Positions 30,401-42,802 of a stretch of DNA of 64,000 nt are shown in pieces. A model generated the notes under the pieces. It had not been told where the DNA came from. It made no database searches and saw only the letters and a list, made by a program, of their open reading frames with translations. Origin of the DNA: Nitrospirota bacterium (GTDB lineage Bacteria > Nitrospirota > UBA9217); NCBI GenBank assembly GCA_963740085.1, contig CAVUCU010000004.1, forward strand, positions 512,001 to 576,000. Reading direction: 5' to 3'. Numbering within the stretch: position 1 is the stretch's first letter; every line of letters starts with the position of its first letter. Position numbers and translations under genes: made by a program.

Positions 30401-31786
30401 ATGGCTGATATCATCCTCATTATCGAAGACAAAGAAAGCATGCTCGACATGCTGAAGCAGACCCTTGAGGCCGAAGGCTACCAGGTGATCCCGGCCAGGG
30501 ACGGTGCCGAGGGCATCAGGAAGCTGTCTGACGAGCGCATCGGTTTGGTGCTTACGGACCTCAAGCTCCCGAAAAAAGACGGTTTCGAGGTGCTTAAGGC
30601 GGTCAAGCAGGACAACCCGCTCCTGCCCGTGATCGTGATGACCGCATTCGGAACGATCGAGACCGCCGTCAAAGCGGTGAAGCAGGGGGCCTACGAATTT
30701 CTGACCAAACCCTTTGACACCGATCATCTTCTTGTCTTGATCAAGCGCGCGCTGGACGCCTCGCGTATGGCGACCGAAAACATTCTCCTGAAAGAAGAGT
30801 TTGCGGATCAGCTTGGCCTTCCGAAGATCATAGGCAAGAGCAGCGGGATGCAGGAGATCATGACCAAGATACAGAAGGTAGCGCCGACCAACGCATCGGT
30901 GCTGATCCACGGTGAGAGCGGGACAGGCAAGGAACTGTTTGCGCGCGCGATCCACCACTTGAGCAATCGAAAGGATGCGCCGTTCATTGCGATAAACTCA
31001 GCCGCTATTCCGCGCGAACTGCTGGAAAGCGAGCTGTTCGGGTATGAACGCGGTGCCTTCACCGGGGCGGACGCACGCAAGCTCGGCAAGCTCGAATTGG
31101 CTGATAAGGGGACGGTTTTTCTTGACGAGATCGGCGATATGGATGTGGCCCTTCAGTCGAAGATGCTTCGGGTGCTCCAGGAACAGGTGATAGAGCGTGT
31201 GGGCGGCGGCAAACCGATCAAAATCGATGTTCGCGTCGTGGCAGCCACGAACAAGGACGTCGAGAAGGCCGTGGCCGCCAAGTTGTTCAGGGAAGACCTG
31301 TTCTATCGCCTGAACGTGTTCCCCATCACGATCCCGCCGCTCCGTGATCGACGCGATGACATCCCGGCGTTGGCGCAGAATTTTTTGAACAAGTATTCAG
31401 CCGAGGTGAGGAAGGGATTGCTCACGATCTCCGACGAGGCCATGGACATTCTGATGAAATCCCCCTGGAAGGGGAATGTGCGGGAGCTGGAGAACGTGAT
31501 CGAACGGGCGGTGATCTACGCTGATGGCGGCGTGATCCGCAGCCAGGACCTCGGCATCAGCGAATCGAGCATTCTCGATGCCCTTGCAGAGCATGTGCCC
31601 ATGGACGGCCCTCTTCAGGAGGTTGCGGCAGCGGCAACACGCGTCGCGGAGTCCCGTCGCATCAGACAGGTGCTGAAACAGACCGGAGGGAATAAGACCC
31701 GTGCGGCAGAGGTCCTCCAGGTAAGCTACAAAACCCTTCTCACGAAGATCAAGGATTACCAGCTGGAGGAGAAGGGGGAAAACTGA
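30401..31786 (+). CDS. Sigma54-dependent response regulator (NtrC/PilR-like)
   Basis: Receiver domain, GESGTGKE, ESELFG, GAFTGA, FLDEIG, WKGNVRELEN, Fis-type HTH. Confidence 0.95.
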   Translation: MADIILIIEDKESMLDMLKQTLEAEGYQVIPARDGAEGIRKLSDERIGLVLTDLKLPKKDGFEVLKAVKQDNPLLPVIVMTAFGTIETAVKAVKQGAYEFLTKPFDTDHLLVLIKRALDASRMATENILLKEEFADQLGLPKIIGKSSGMQEIMTKIQKVAPTNASVLIHGESGTGKELFARAIHHLSNRKDAPFIAINSAAIPRELLESELFGYERGAFTGADARKLGKLELADKGTVFLDEIGDMDVALQSKMLRVLQEQVIERVGGGKPIKIDVRVVAATNKDVEKAVAAKLFREDLFYRLNVFPITIPPLRDRRDDIPALAQNFLNKYSAEVRKGLLTISDEAMDILMKSPWKGNVRELENVIERAVIYADGGVIRSQDLGISESSILDALAEHVPMDGPLQEVAAAATRVAESRRIRQVLKQTGGNKTRAAEVLQVSYKTLLTKIKDYQLEEKGEN

Positions 31787-33895
<2,109 letters not shown>

Positions 33896-33923
33896 CCGCG
33901 TATTTTATTCAAGTTAAAGCATT

Positions 33924-33953
33924 ATCCGTGTCGATCCGTGTACATCCGTGGTT
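33924..33953 (+). repeat. Three tandem 10-nt units ATCCGTGnnn
   Basis: atccgtgtcg atccgtgtac atccgtggtt. Confidence 0.8.
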
Positions 33954-33968
33954 AAAAAAAAGGTTAAC

Positions 33969-34810
33969 ATGAGAATCGGTTTTCACGTTTCCATATCCGG
34001 CGGCTTCTCCCTTTCCGTTCAACGCGCCTTCGACCTCGGATGCAGTTGCATGCAGATCTTCAGCAGGAATCCGCGCGGATGGACGGTCAAACCGCTTGAC
34101 GAAGAAGGATGTTGTCCGAATTCAAGAAGCTGCGCGAGCAGTGGGATATCGGGCCGGTCTTCGTGCATACCAATTATCTCATTAACCTCGCTTCATCGAA
34201 ACCCGATCTGTACGAAAAATCCATAGAGCAGTTTGTCATAGACCTCGAGCGCACCGAGGCGCTTGGAGCGGAATATCTGGTGACGCACCTGGGTTCGGCG
34301 AGCGGGAAGGAACCGCAATGGATGATCGGTCGCGTGTCCGCCGCTTTGAACATGGCCATGAAACTCCATCCGCCGAAAGCTACGATCCTCCTGGAAAATA
34401 CCGCCGGCGAAGCGGGGGATGTAGGATATACCCTTGAACAGGTGCAGAATGTTATCTCGACTTTAAGTAATTCTTCGCATATCGGCATCTGCTACGATAC
34501 CTGTCATGGTTTTGCGGCCGGATATGATATTCGTACAAAACAAGGCGTAGATGCTTTACTTCGCGTGATCAAGGATACCGTGGGGTTGGATCGTTTAAAG
34601 GGAATGCACCTGAATGACTGTCTCCGTGATTTCAATTCCCATGTCGATCGCCATTGGCACATCGGCGAGGGCAAGATCGGACTCGACGGTTTTAAGGCGC
34701 TCCTGAATCATCCGGAATTCAAGGATGTTCCAAAGATCATGGAAACACCGAAGGAAACCGAAGAGGACGACCCGAGGAACATGAGGACCGTGATGTCATT
34801 GATGCGATAG
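33969..34810 (+). CDS. nfo: Endonuclease IV, with an apparent frameshift near 34105-34120
   Basis: MRIGFHVSISGG, QIFSRNPRGW, then in another frame HTNYLINLAS, LLENTAG, CYDTCH, HLND, DRHWHIGEG, IMETP. Confidence 0.9.
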
Positions 34811-34852
34811 TCAATCAAATACTTTTGGCGGAAAGCGGGGGAGGATAAGGTC

Positions 34853-35236
34853 ATGGATGACAAGCAGAAAGATCAGGTCCAGAAAAGGTTAAGTCATGCA
34901 CGAGAATCCCTCAAAGACGCAAACGATCTTTTTAGGGAGGGCGCGGAGTTGCGCTTCGTAATGAACAACTTGTATTACGCGTTTCTCTATCCGGCCCTCG
35001 GACTGCTTCAGGCACGACAGCTTCCGGCTCCGATGCAGAGCACGGCAATATCGCTCTTCGACCGTGAGTATGTTCAAACAGGTATCTTTGAGAGAAGGTT
35101 CCTTGATGCTTTCCGCAAGGCTTTTGACCTCCGGCCCGCTTGCGAGTGTCAGAAAAAAATTGAAAAGGCGGACATTGAGGAACTCCTGCCCGTTGCCCAG
35201 GATTTTCTGGATGCTGTTGAAAGAAACATACGATAA
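34853..35236 (+). CDS. HEPN-domain (UPF0332-like) protein with a divergent motif
   Basis: ARESLKDA, NNLYYAF, FDREYVQTG, FDLR pattern; RBS GGAGG. Confidence 0.75.
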   Translation: MDDKQKDQVQKRLSHARESLKDANDLFREGAELRFVMNNLYYAFLYPALGLLQARQLPAPMQSTAISLFDREYVQTGIFERRFLDAFRKAFDLRPACECQKKIEKADIEELLPVAQDFLDAVERNIR

Positions 35237-35367
35237 AACGTCGAAAACAACGCACTGCCGCCGTAAAAATCCTTTCTGGATTTTTTCCCCTGCCTCTGGT
35301 ATAGTACCGGATACTGTTAGCCAGACAACACCGGCGATAGTTGCCGATACGCGTTCCGGTCCATATT

Positions 35368-36309
35368 ATGAAAGTTGCGGACATCATCAATAAGAAAACA
35401 GCAGTAAGGCGCTACAACGCTTTTGGGCAGTACATGAAGCGTTTGTACCGCACGCCGGTCTACAAGGTGAACGTGGACGCGGGGTTTACCTGTCCAAACC
35501 GCGATGGAACAGTTGCGACAGGCGGGTGCATTTATTGCAACAACGACAGCTTCCGGCCCTCGGCGTGCACGAGCACGGCATCACTGCGCGAGCAGATTAA
35601 CAAGGGCATTCCCTACCTCCGTTCGCGTTATGGAGCAGAGAAGTTCATCGTCTATTTTCAGCCTTATACCAATACGTATGCGAGCGTCGAGGTTCTCGAC
35701 CGCCTCTACCGCGAGGCGCTCGACAATCCTGGCGTTGTCGGCCTTGCCATCGGCACCAGGCCGGACTGCGTTGACGAGGAAAAGATCGCGCTTCTCGAAA
35801 CGCTCGGCCGCGAACATTTTGTGCTGGTGGAATACGGACTCCAGTCGGTCTACGATGCGACGCTTACCTTCATCAACCGGGGGCATGACTACGCCTGCTT
35901 TAAACACGCCCTTGCCATGACCGTCAACAGGGGCATCCATGTCGGAGCACACCTTATACTCGGCTTCCCGACGGAAACGATGGAAGAGATGCTCGCAATG
36001 GCCGATGAGCTCTCACGATTGCCGATCGAGTTCCTTAAGATCCACCAACTTCAGGTGGTGAAGGGGACGGCCCTGGCTGATCTCTATGCGGAAAAGCCTT
36101 TTGCGACCTTCGGCTATCATGAGTATATAGAGATGCTGGCTGATTTTCTGGAACGATTGTCACCGGATATTGTGCTGCAGAGGCTTTTCGCGGCTGCACC
36201 AGATGACATCCTGATCGCACCGCTTTGGAACAAAACCCGAAGTCAACTGCTCCGGGACCTCGATACGCTCATGGAGCAGCGGGGAAGCTATCAGGGGAAA
36301 GCGCGCTGA
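35368..36309 (+). CDS. yhcC: TIGR01212/YhcC-family radical SAM protein
   Basis: GFTCPNRDG...GGCIYC, YFQPYTNTYA, GTRPDC, EYGLQS, INRGH, KIHQL. Confidence 0.92.
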   Translation: MKVADIINKKTAVRRYNAFGQYMKRLYRTPVYKVNVDAGFTCPNRDGTVATGGCIYCNNDSFRPSACTSTASLREQINKGIPYLRSRYGAEKFIVYFQPYTNTYASVEVLDRLYREALDNPGVVGLAIGTRPDCVDEEKIALLETLGREHFVLVEYGLQSVYDATLTFINRGHDYACFKHALAMTVNRGIHVGAHLILGFPTETMEEMLAMADELSRLPIEFLKIHQLQVVKGTALADLYAEKPFATFGYHEYIEMLADFLERLSPDIVLQRLFAAAPDDILIAPLWNKTRSQLLRDLDTLMEQRGSYQGKAR

Positions 36310-36316
36310 TCGCGCG

Positions 36317-36358
36317 AAATGGAGATTGAAGATTGGAAATTGAAAAATGCAAAATAAA
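36317..36358 (+). repeat. Degenerate heptamer tandem repeat
   Basis: aaatgga gattgaa gattgga aattgaa aaatgca aaataaa. Confidence 0.6.
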
Positions 36359-36390
36359 TTTAAAATTACCAATACACCGAAGGTGACGAT

Positions 36391-37053
36391 ATGATCGATC
36401 TCCATACCCATTCACTGTTCAGCGACGGCGTGCTTGTGCCGTCGGAACTGGTGCGGCGGGCAGTGATGAAGGGTTACGAAGTGATCGCGATTACTGACCA
36501 TGCCGACGCATCGAACCTTGATTTCACGATACCGCGGGTGGCCGCAGCGTGCAAAGAGCTTAACCGTCGCTGGAAGATCACGGCACTGCCTGGCATCGAA
36601 CTCACACACATCCCGCCCGAGACCTTCGCCCAACTCACCGATCGGGCCCGCTCCCTTGGTGCAATGATCGTGGTTGCCCATGGCGAGACGCTTGTAGAAC
36701 CCGTCCACCCGGGGACGAACAGGGCGGCGATCGAAGCGCGGGTGGACATACTCGCTCATCCCGGTTTGATCACCAAAGAGGAAGCCGAACTTGCGTTCAA
36801 GAACGGGGTCCATCTTGAGATTACTGCCCGCAAGGGACACAGCCTGTCGAACGGACACGTGGCAAAGACGGCAGGTGAGACGGGCGCCAGGCTTGTGATC
36901 GATACCGACGCACATGAACCGGGAGACTTGATCACCGATGAATTTGCTCGGAACGTCCTTCTCGGCGCAGGTCTGAGCACGGATGCTATTGCCGCTATTT
37001 TTCAAAATTCGAAGGATCTGGCCGCAAAAGCAAAGGCAGCGTTCAATAAGTAG
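36391..37053 (+). CDS. PHP-domain protein (histidinol-phosphate-phosphatase-like)
   Basis: IDLHTHSLFSDG, AITDH, GIELTH, HGETLVEPV, ILAHPG, DTDAH. Confidence 0.9.
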   Translation: MIDLHTHSLFSDGVLVPSELVRRAVMKGYEVIAITDHADASNLDFTIPRVAAACKELNRRWKITALPGIELTHIPPETFAQLTDRARSLGAMIVVAHGETLVEPVHPGTNRAAIEARVDILAHPGLITKEEAELAFKNGVHLEITARKGHSLSNGHVAKTAGETGARLVIDTDAHEPGDLITDEFARNVLLGAGLSTDAIAAIFQNSKDLAAKAKAAFNK

Positions 37054-37091
37054 CGGCATTGCCGTAACAGCCGAACACATCGCAAGATATT

Positions 37092-37115
37092 CCTTGTGTC
37101 TTCGCGTCTTTGTGA
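37092..37115 (+). repeat. Three degenerate 8-nt units
   Basis: ccttgtgt cttcgcgt ctttgtga. Confidence 0.45.
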
Positions 37116-37161
37116 AGAGAAGGTCTTGTCGATATTTAATCATGCAGGGGAGGTTTTAAAG

Positions 37162-37875
37162 ATGCTGAGGATCAAGAAGAAAGCGCGTGTAACAAAGCAA
37201 ACACAGGAACAGGATATCGCGACCATCATGCACAAGGTCACTGTCGTCCTGTCGACTTACAGAAAACAGGTTGTCATCGCCCTGTCATTACTGGCGGCAC
37301 TGCTTGTGATAGCCGGAGGATATTCGATCATACAATCAGCAGATGAGCAGAAGGCGGGGTCGCTTTTTTCTGCTGCCTATGAAGTTTACAGCCCGTCGGG
37401 TGATTCGCCGGCGGACTACAGAAGAGCGCTTGAACTCTTCCGCGGCGTTCAGAAAAAATATTCCGGGACCATGAGCGGTGCAATGGCACAGTATTACATC
37501 GGAAACTGCCTGGCGAATCTCGGCCAGACGGACGAAGCGCTCAAAGAATACCAGTTTTTTGTTAAAACATACTCGGGCAGGAAATTTCTGCTGGGACTTG
37601 TGTATCAGCGCATGGGATACGAAGAGATCCTGCTCGGGAAGCGGGCCGAGGCCATCAAGGCGTTCGAACAGGCGGATTCCCTTGAAACCCCGGGCGTTGC
37701 CACGATCGAACTCGCAAGACTCTATGAGTCATCCGGAAATATTCCTGAGTCACAGAAAAAATATAAGATAGTGCAAGAGAAGCTCGGCGGCTCTGCATGG
37801 AGCATTGAAGCAATGGGAAAGGCGCAGATTATCGAGCCCGCTTCGAAACCTGTTGCTGGAAAAGAAGGGAAGTAA
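37162..37875 (+). CDS. Membrane-anchored TPR protein (YfgM-like)
   Basis: Basic N-terminus, single TM, TPR helices (AQYYIGNCL, ATIELARLYE). Confidence 0.75.
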   Translation: MLRIKKKARVTKQTQEQDIATIMHKVTVVLSTYRKQVVIALSLLAALLVIAGGYSIIQSADEQKAGSLFSAAYEVYSPSGDSPADYRRALELFRGVQKKYSGTMSGAMAQYYIGNCLANLGQTDEALKEYQFFVKTYSGRKFLLGLVYQRMGYEEILLGKRAEAIKAFEQADSLETPGVATIELARLYESSGNIPESQKKYKIVQEKLGGSAWSIEAMGKAQIIEPASKPVAGKEGK

Positions 37876-38163
37876 CAGCGAACCGAGATGCCGATGATCC
37901 AAAAGCGTATTGTCGGGAAAATAAGAGAACGTTTCCGTTTCCCGGTCATGGGTTGCCGCTCTTCACTATTTTCGATGAGGGGAGACGACCGGGAGGGACA
38001 GGATACGGATACCGGCTAAACCCAACGACGCAGCCGCGGCGAGGTGCCCTTCGCGCGCAATCATGATCAACCCGCTATTTATTGTTTACCGTATCCTTAA
38101 ATAAAAACGGGGTCGCCACCGATCCCCGCGTCTGATTTTATCCATCGTTCCTTATGATGTCCT

Positions 38164-40377
38164 ATGAAGAGAAAAGACAACAATAAAAAAATACTGTTCC
38201 TGGTCCTCGGCCTCTCTTTTCTCGTGGCGGCATATAGGGCCCTTCATTCGTCCCTGTACCCGCGCTGGACGTTTATGAATGCGCTGCCTTTTAACCTCTC
38301 CGATTATGAACTTAATTTCCGCTTGTTATTCCTTGCTGGCCTTGCTGTATTTGTCAGCTTGGCAGGTCTGTTCGGCATGCTGGCAAAAAAAATACTGGCG
38401 AAATATCGCCTGAATGAAGAACAGTTCAAGAATCTTGTCGAACTGTCAAACGACATCGTCACGATCACTGACAAGGACGGGAAACTGGCGTTCATGAATC
38501 ATGCCGCCTGCCGCATTCTCGAACGGAAGTCAGAAGAAGCGATCGGCAAGTCGTTCATGGACTTCATTCACCCCGAGGATAAAAAAAAATATCTGGGAAA
38601 GCGCGAAGAGCTGGCGAAATTGAGAACAGATACGTTTATTGTTGAGAGCCGGTTCATCGCGAAAAGCGGAAAATCGATAAATGTCCTCCACACTGTCCGC
38701 GTGCTTAGTGATACACGGGGAGGACCCGTCCAGACGCTCGGTATTGCAAGGGATATTACTGAAGGCAAGCGGATAGAAGAGTCAATGCATAAGGCCGTTG
38801 CACGAGGAACAGAAGAAAAGGCGAGGCTGGAATACGTTATTTCATCGATCGACGAAGGTGTCAGTATTCAGAGCACGGATTTTAAGGTTCTTTATAAAAA
38901 TCAGGCTCACCTGCAGATGTTCGGCGTGGATGCCGGGGGTGAATATTGTTACCAGGCGTTCACGCAAGCCGATTCCCGGTGCCCCGGTTGTCCGATGGAG
39001 GAGGTTTTTAAAGACGGGAAGATCCACAGGCTGGAAACGGAGATATCAAAAAACGGTGAAGTTCGTTTTATTGAGATCAAAGCCGCTCCCTTTAGGGACG
39101 CCTCCGGAGCCATCGTCGCAGGAATCGAGGAGGTCAGGGACATTACGGCACGCAAGAGCGCGGAAGAGAAAATGAGGATGTTTTCCGTGGCCATCGAAGA
39201 GGCGATCGACGGCATACAGATCATCGATCTTGACGGCCGTGTTGTTTATTCCAACAAAGCGGTCGGGCTGATATACGGATTTTCACATGAGGAACTTGTT
39301 GGGAAGCATATCAGTGAAATGAACGCTGACCGGGAGTTCGCCGCGCGGTTCATCCTCCCGGAGGTAAGAGAAACGGGCCGCTGGAGCGGGGAACTCATGG
39401 CTGTCCATAAAGATGGCAGAACTTTTCCGGTCTGGCTCTCCATGTCGGTTGTGAAGAGTGAGCACGGTCGCCCCATTGCGATGATAAACTCACAGCAGGA
39501 TATCACCGAGCGTAAACAGGCAGAAGAGGCCATGAAACAGAACCATGACCAGCTGATGAAGCTTGTTGAAGAGCGCACCCGGGAACTTTCAAGTGCAAAT
39601 GAGAAGCTTCGCAAGGAGATTGCGGACCGGGGAAAAATGGAAAAGGAACTGCTCAAGGCTCAGAAACTCGAATCGCTCGGCATCCTCGCCGGGGGCATTG
39701 CGCATGATTTCAATAACCTGCTTGCATCAATCACGGGGAATATCTCTCTTGCCAGGCTGGACCTCGACCCAAAGAACAGCGCCTATCAGAAGCTTAATGG
39801 AGCGGAGAAGGCTTCGCTCAGAGCTCAAGACCTTACACGCCAACTGCTCACGTTCTCGAAAGGTGGAGATCCGATCAAGAAAGCGGTGAAACTCGGTGAT
39901 TTGATCCGGGAAGTCACCGGGTTTACCGTGCGCGGCTCGCGGGTAAAGTTCTTTTTCTCACTTCCCGAGGATCTTTGGCTTGCGAATATTGACGAGGGCC
40001 AGATCAGCCAGGTCATCCATAATCTCCTTATCAATGCGGACCATGCAATGCCCAAGGGGGGAACGATCACGATCAGCTGTGAAAATGCCGTTGTCACCGC
40101 GCCTTCGAAACTGCCGCTGAGGCCAGGGAATTATGTAAGGCTCAACGTCCGGGACCACGGTATCGGCATCCCGCAGGAACACCTCTCAAAGATATTCGAT
40201 CCTTATTTTACGACAAAGCAGAAAGGGAGCGGACTTGGACTTGCCATGGCCTATTCAATTATCATCCAGCACAGCGGACATATTTTTGCGGAATCGGTGC
40301 CCGGAAAGGGCACGACCTTCATCATCTATCTGCCTGCCTTCGATTCCGTGACAGCGAACATAGGGCAATCGAAATGA
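38164..40377 (+). CDS. Multi-PAS sensor histidine kinase
   Basis: Two TMs, three PAS/PAC domains (one with CY...CPGCP), GGIAHDFNNLL, NLLINA, FDPYFTTK, GSGLGL; no C-terminal receiver. Confidence 0.93.
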   Translation: MKRKDNNKKILFLVLGLSFLVAAYRALHSSLYPRWTFMNALPFNLSDYELNFRLLFLAGLAVFVSLAGLFGMLAKKILAKYRLNEEQFKNLVELSNDIVTITDKDGKLAFMNHAACRILERKSEEAIGKSFMDFIHPEDKKKYLGKREELAKLRTDTFIVESRFIAKSGKSINVLHTVRVLSDTRGGPVQTLGIARDITEGKRIEESMHKAVARGTEEKARLEYVISSIDEGVSIQSTDFKVLYKNQAHLQMFGVDAGGEYCYQAFTQADSRCPGCPMEEVFKDGKIHRLETEISKNGEVRFIEIKAAPFRDASGAIVAGIEEVRDITARKSAEEKMRMFSVAIEEAIDGIQIIDLDGRVVYSNKAVGLIYGFSHEELVGKHISEMNADREFAARFILPEVRETGRWSGELMAVHKDGRTFPVWLSMSVVKSEHGRPIAMINSQQDITERKQAEEAMKQNHDQLMKLVEERTRELSSANEKLRKEIADRGKMEKELLKAQKLESLGILAGGIAHDFNNLLASITGNISLARLDLDPKNSAYQKLNGAEKASLRAQDLTRQLLTFSKGGDPIKKAVKLGDLIREVTGFTVRGSRVKFFFSLPEDLWLANIDEGQISQVIHNLLINADHAMPKGGTITISCENAVVTAPSKLPLRPGNYVRLNVRDHGIGIPQEHLSKIFDPYFTTKQKGSGLGLAMAYSIIIQHSGHIFAESVPGKGTTFIIYLPAFDSVTANIGQSK

Positions 40378-40463
40378 TACCAGTCTCGCCCACAGGTCTA
40401 CGCTCAGATTTTGCTGATCATGTCTATCGGTAAGATAGGTATATTCTTATAATTGAACTGAAC

Positions 40464-40499
40464 AAAAAAAAGGGTCAGGGAATATTCCCTGACCCTTTT
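40464..40499. terminator. Bidirectional terminator between convergent genes
   Basis: aaaagggtcagggaat / attccctgaccctttt palindrome with A/T runs. Confidence 0.85.
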
Positions 40500-40516
40500 G
40501 TCGTTATTGTTCAATG

Positions 40517-41854
40517 TTAAATCTGGTCGCTATCAACGACCAGCTTGATCTTCTGCCCCCTGTGCACGGTAATGCCGATCCCCTTGTTCCATTCGCGGAT
40601 ATCAGCAATGGTCACATTGTGCATCTTCGCAATCCGATTAAGCGTTTCTCCGCGCCTGACGCGGTAAAGGATCTTCTGCTGTCTGCCGGCCTGTCCCATG
40701 GACAAGTAGCTCAAATCATGGTTTTGCCCGTTGATGTCTATGGGAATGAGCAGGTGCTTGCCTGGCGCAATTCGGTTCTTTTTGAGTCCATTGATGTCTC
40801 GGATCGCCTCCAGGCTGGTGTTGTACCGCTTAGCGAGTGAGGAGAGTGTCTCGCCTTTTCGGACTTCATGCCGTTCCCACTTGATCTTCTGCTCCGGAGG
40901 TACAGCGGCGAAGTTCGCAAGGAATGTCTCTTTCGTGCCAAAAGGGATTCTAAGAGTGTAACCGGGATAATGCGGAGGAGTTACCCACCTTTTGATCTCG
41001 GGGTTCAACTCTTTGATATCCTGATAGGTGCAGTTCGCGCAACTTGCGATCAGTCGGAGGTCCGTGCTTTCTTCGATCACCACTTCATCATACTTGTATG
41101 GATCGACATTCGTTATGGTAAAGCCGTAGGCCTCGGGGTTCTTGGCAATAATGGTCGCGGCCATGAATTTTGGAATATAGTTCTTCGTTTCCGGCTTGAT
41201 GTATCGCGAAGCCTTCAAATCCCAGAAGTCGTCGGAGCGGGTCCTGAGTACGGCGCGCTGGACCTTCCCGGCACCTGCATTGTATGAAGCGAGGGCCAGC
41301 GGCCAGGAGCCGAAGAGAGTGTGCAGGTCTTTCAGATGCTCAGCAGCGGCATTCGTGGACTTAATAGGGTCCTTCCGTTCATCGATCCACCAGTCTATCT
41401 TGAGTCCGTAAAGCTTGCCCGTGGCAGGCATGAACTGCCAGGCTCCGACAGCCCGACACCACGACACGGCGTAGGGGTTAAATCCGCTCTCGATCATGGC
41501 CACGTATACCAGATCCTCGGGAAGGTTCTTTTCTTTGAATATTTTTTTCATCACGGGAATATAACGTGCGGACCGATCCAGCCAGAGTTGGAAGATATCG
41601 TGACCGCGTGTCTTGAAATACTCCAGGTGGCTTTCCACACTATCGTTCAGGATCATGGGAATATCATAGGGTTTTACATAGTCTGAATCATCGCTTGATT
41701 CATCAAGCTTGGCCACATCTTCTGAAGGAGGCTTTAGTTGAGAGGGGATTACTTGATCGGTATCAGGATTAATGCCCTCTGCATGAGCGGGTGGAATCGG
41801 AGACAGGAAAACAAGACTAAGTATAAATAAAATAAAGGTAATTCGATGGGTCAT
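40517..41854 (-). CDS. mltD: LysM-containing lytic transglycosylase (MltD-like)
   Basis: AMIESGF, GAWQFMPATG, IDERKDP, LASYNAG, ETKNYIPK; C-terminal LysM domains. Confidence 0.9.
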   Translation of the reverse strand: MTHRITFILFILSLVFLSPIPPAHAEGINPDTDQVIPSQLKPPSEDVAKLDESSDDSDYVKPYDIPMILNDSVESHLEYFKTRGHDIFQLWLDRSARYIPVMKKIFKEKNLPEDLVYVAMIESGFNPYAVSWCRAVGAWQFMPATGKLYGLKIDWWIDERKDPIKSTNAAAEHLKDLHTLFGSWPLALASYNAGAGKVQRAVLRTRSDDFWDLKASRYIKPETKNYIPKFMAATIIAKNPEAYGFTITNVDPYKYDEVVIEESTDLRLIASCANCTYQDIKELNPEIKRWVTPPHYPGYTLRIPFGTKETFLANFAAVPPEQKIKWERHEVRKGETLSSLAKRYNTSLEAIRDINGLKKNRIAPGKHLLIPIDINGQNHDLSYLSMGQAGRQQKILYRVRRGETLNRIAKMHNVTIADIREWNKGIGITVHRGQKIKLVVDSDQI

Positions 41855-42046
41855 CTTTCTTCCTCCAGATAGCTAAAAATTACATTATTTCAAGGTTTTT
41901 GTCAAGAAAAAAATAAAATTACTTGGTTAACCTACTATTACTTGACCAATGTTTTTCGGCTCTTCCGGATATTCATCTGACTTGCCGACGAGAATTTAGG
42001 GATGATATCCTTGCAATTCAGGAAGATGTTCTGTACTATTAGATGC

Positions 42047-42802
42047 ATGAAGCATGCCGGACTTTGCGAGGTATTCAGTTCTATTCAAGGCGAGGGCCCA
42101 TGGGTTGGTCAGCGCCAGATATTTGTCCGCTTTGCAGGGTGCGATATCAGATGCCGATACTGTGACACGGTGGATGCTTTTAAAATCCAAGAAGGTCACG
42201 CTTACCCGCAATTCTGCGGCGTTCAAATCTCGGCAGGTTCAAGCGAGCGCGAGCAGGCAACAAATCCTATCTCCTCCCGGGTGCTTACGAAATTCTGCAA
42301 TCGTCTTGTCATTCCAGGACCATCGCGCCCGGTGATCAGCCTGACAGGAGGAGAGCCTCTGTTACAAGCATCGTTTCTGACGGAATGGCTCCCCATGGTT
42401 CGGAACGACTTCACCTTGTATCTGGAAACAAACGGTATTCATACCGAAGACATGCGGTTGATTTACGACCTGGTAGACGTTGTAAGCATTGACTTTAAAC
42501 TTCCTTCTTCCACCGGACTCCGGCCATTTTGGGATGATCATACGAGGTTTCTTGAGCTTGCGCGCGGGAAAAAACTTTACGTAAAGGTTGTCGTGACCAG
42601 AGACACCCGGATGGATGATATCCTTACTGCGTGCAAAATTATCGAGCGATTTGACCGATCCACCGTGCTGGTCATCCAGCCCGCAAGTGGAGCACTAACA
42701 CCCGAATCATTCATGCTCTTGGATTATCAACAGTCGGCACTCAAAATCATCGAGGATGTTCGCATCATTCCTCAGACGCACAAGATATTACACGTACCCT
42801 GA
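42047..42802 (+). CDS. queE: 7-carboxy-7-deazaguanine synthase
   Basis: EVFSSIQGEG, FVRFAGCDIRCRYCDT, SLTGGEPLLQ, YLETNG, RIIPQTHK. Confidence 0.88.
   Translation: MKHAGLCEVFSSIQGEGPWVGQRQIFVRFAGCDIRCRYCDTVDAFKIQEGHAYPQFCGVQISAGSSEREQATNPISSRVLTKFCNRLVIPGPSRPVISLTGGEPLLQASFLTEWLPMVRNDFTLYLETNGIHTEDMRLIYDLVDVVSIDFKLPSSTGLRPFWDDHTRFLELARGKKLYVKVVVTRDTRMDDILTACKIIERFDRSTVLVIQPASGALTPESFMLLDYQQSALKIIEDVRIIPQTHKILHVP

Noticed and set aside
33924-33953. Short repeats as a CRISPR array
   Set aside because: Units are 7-10 nt and tandem without spacers; no cas genes in the window.
34095-34125. Programmed frameshift or pseudogenisation of nfo
   Set aside because: Both halves are intact and removing two bases gives a plausible DEEDVAEFKK; consistent with the insertion errors seen in macB.
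42047-42802. queE as part of a dpd DNA-modification island
   Set aside because: No dpdA, queC or queD adjacent; housekeeping context.
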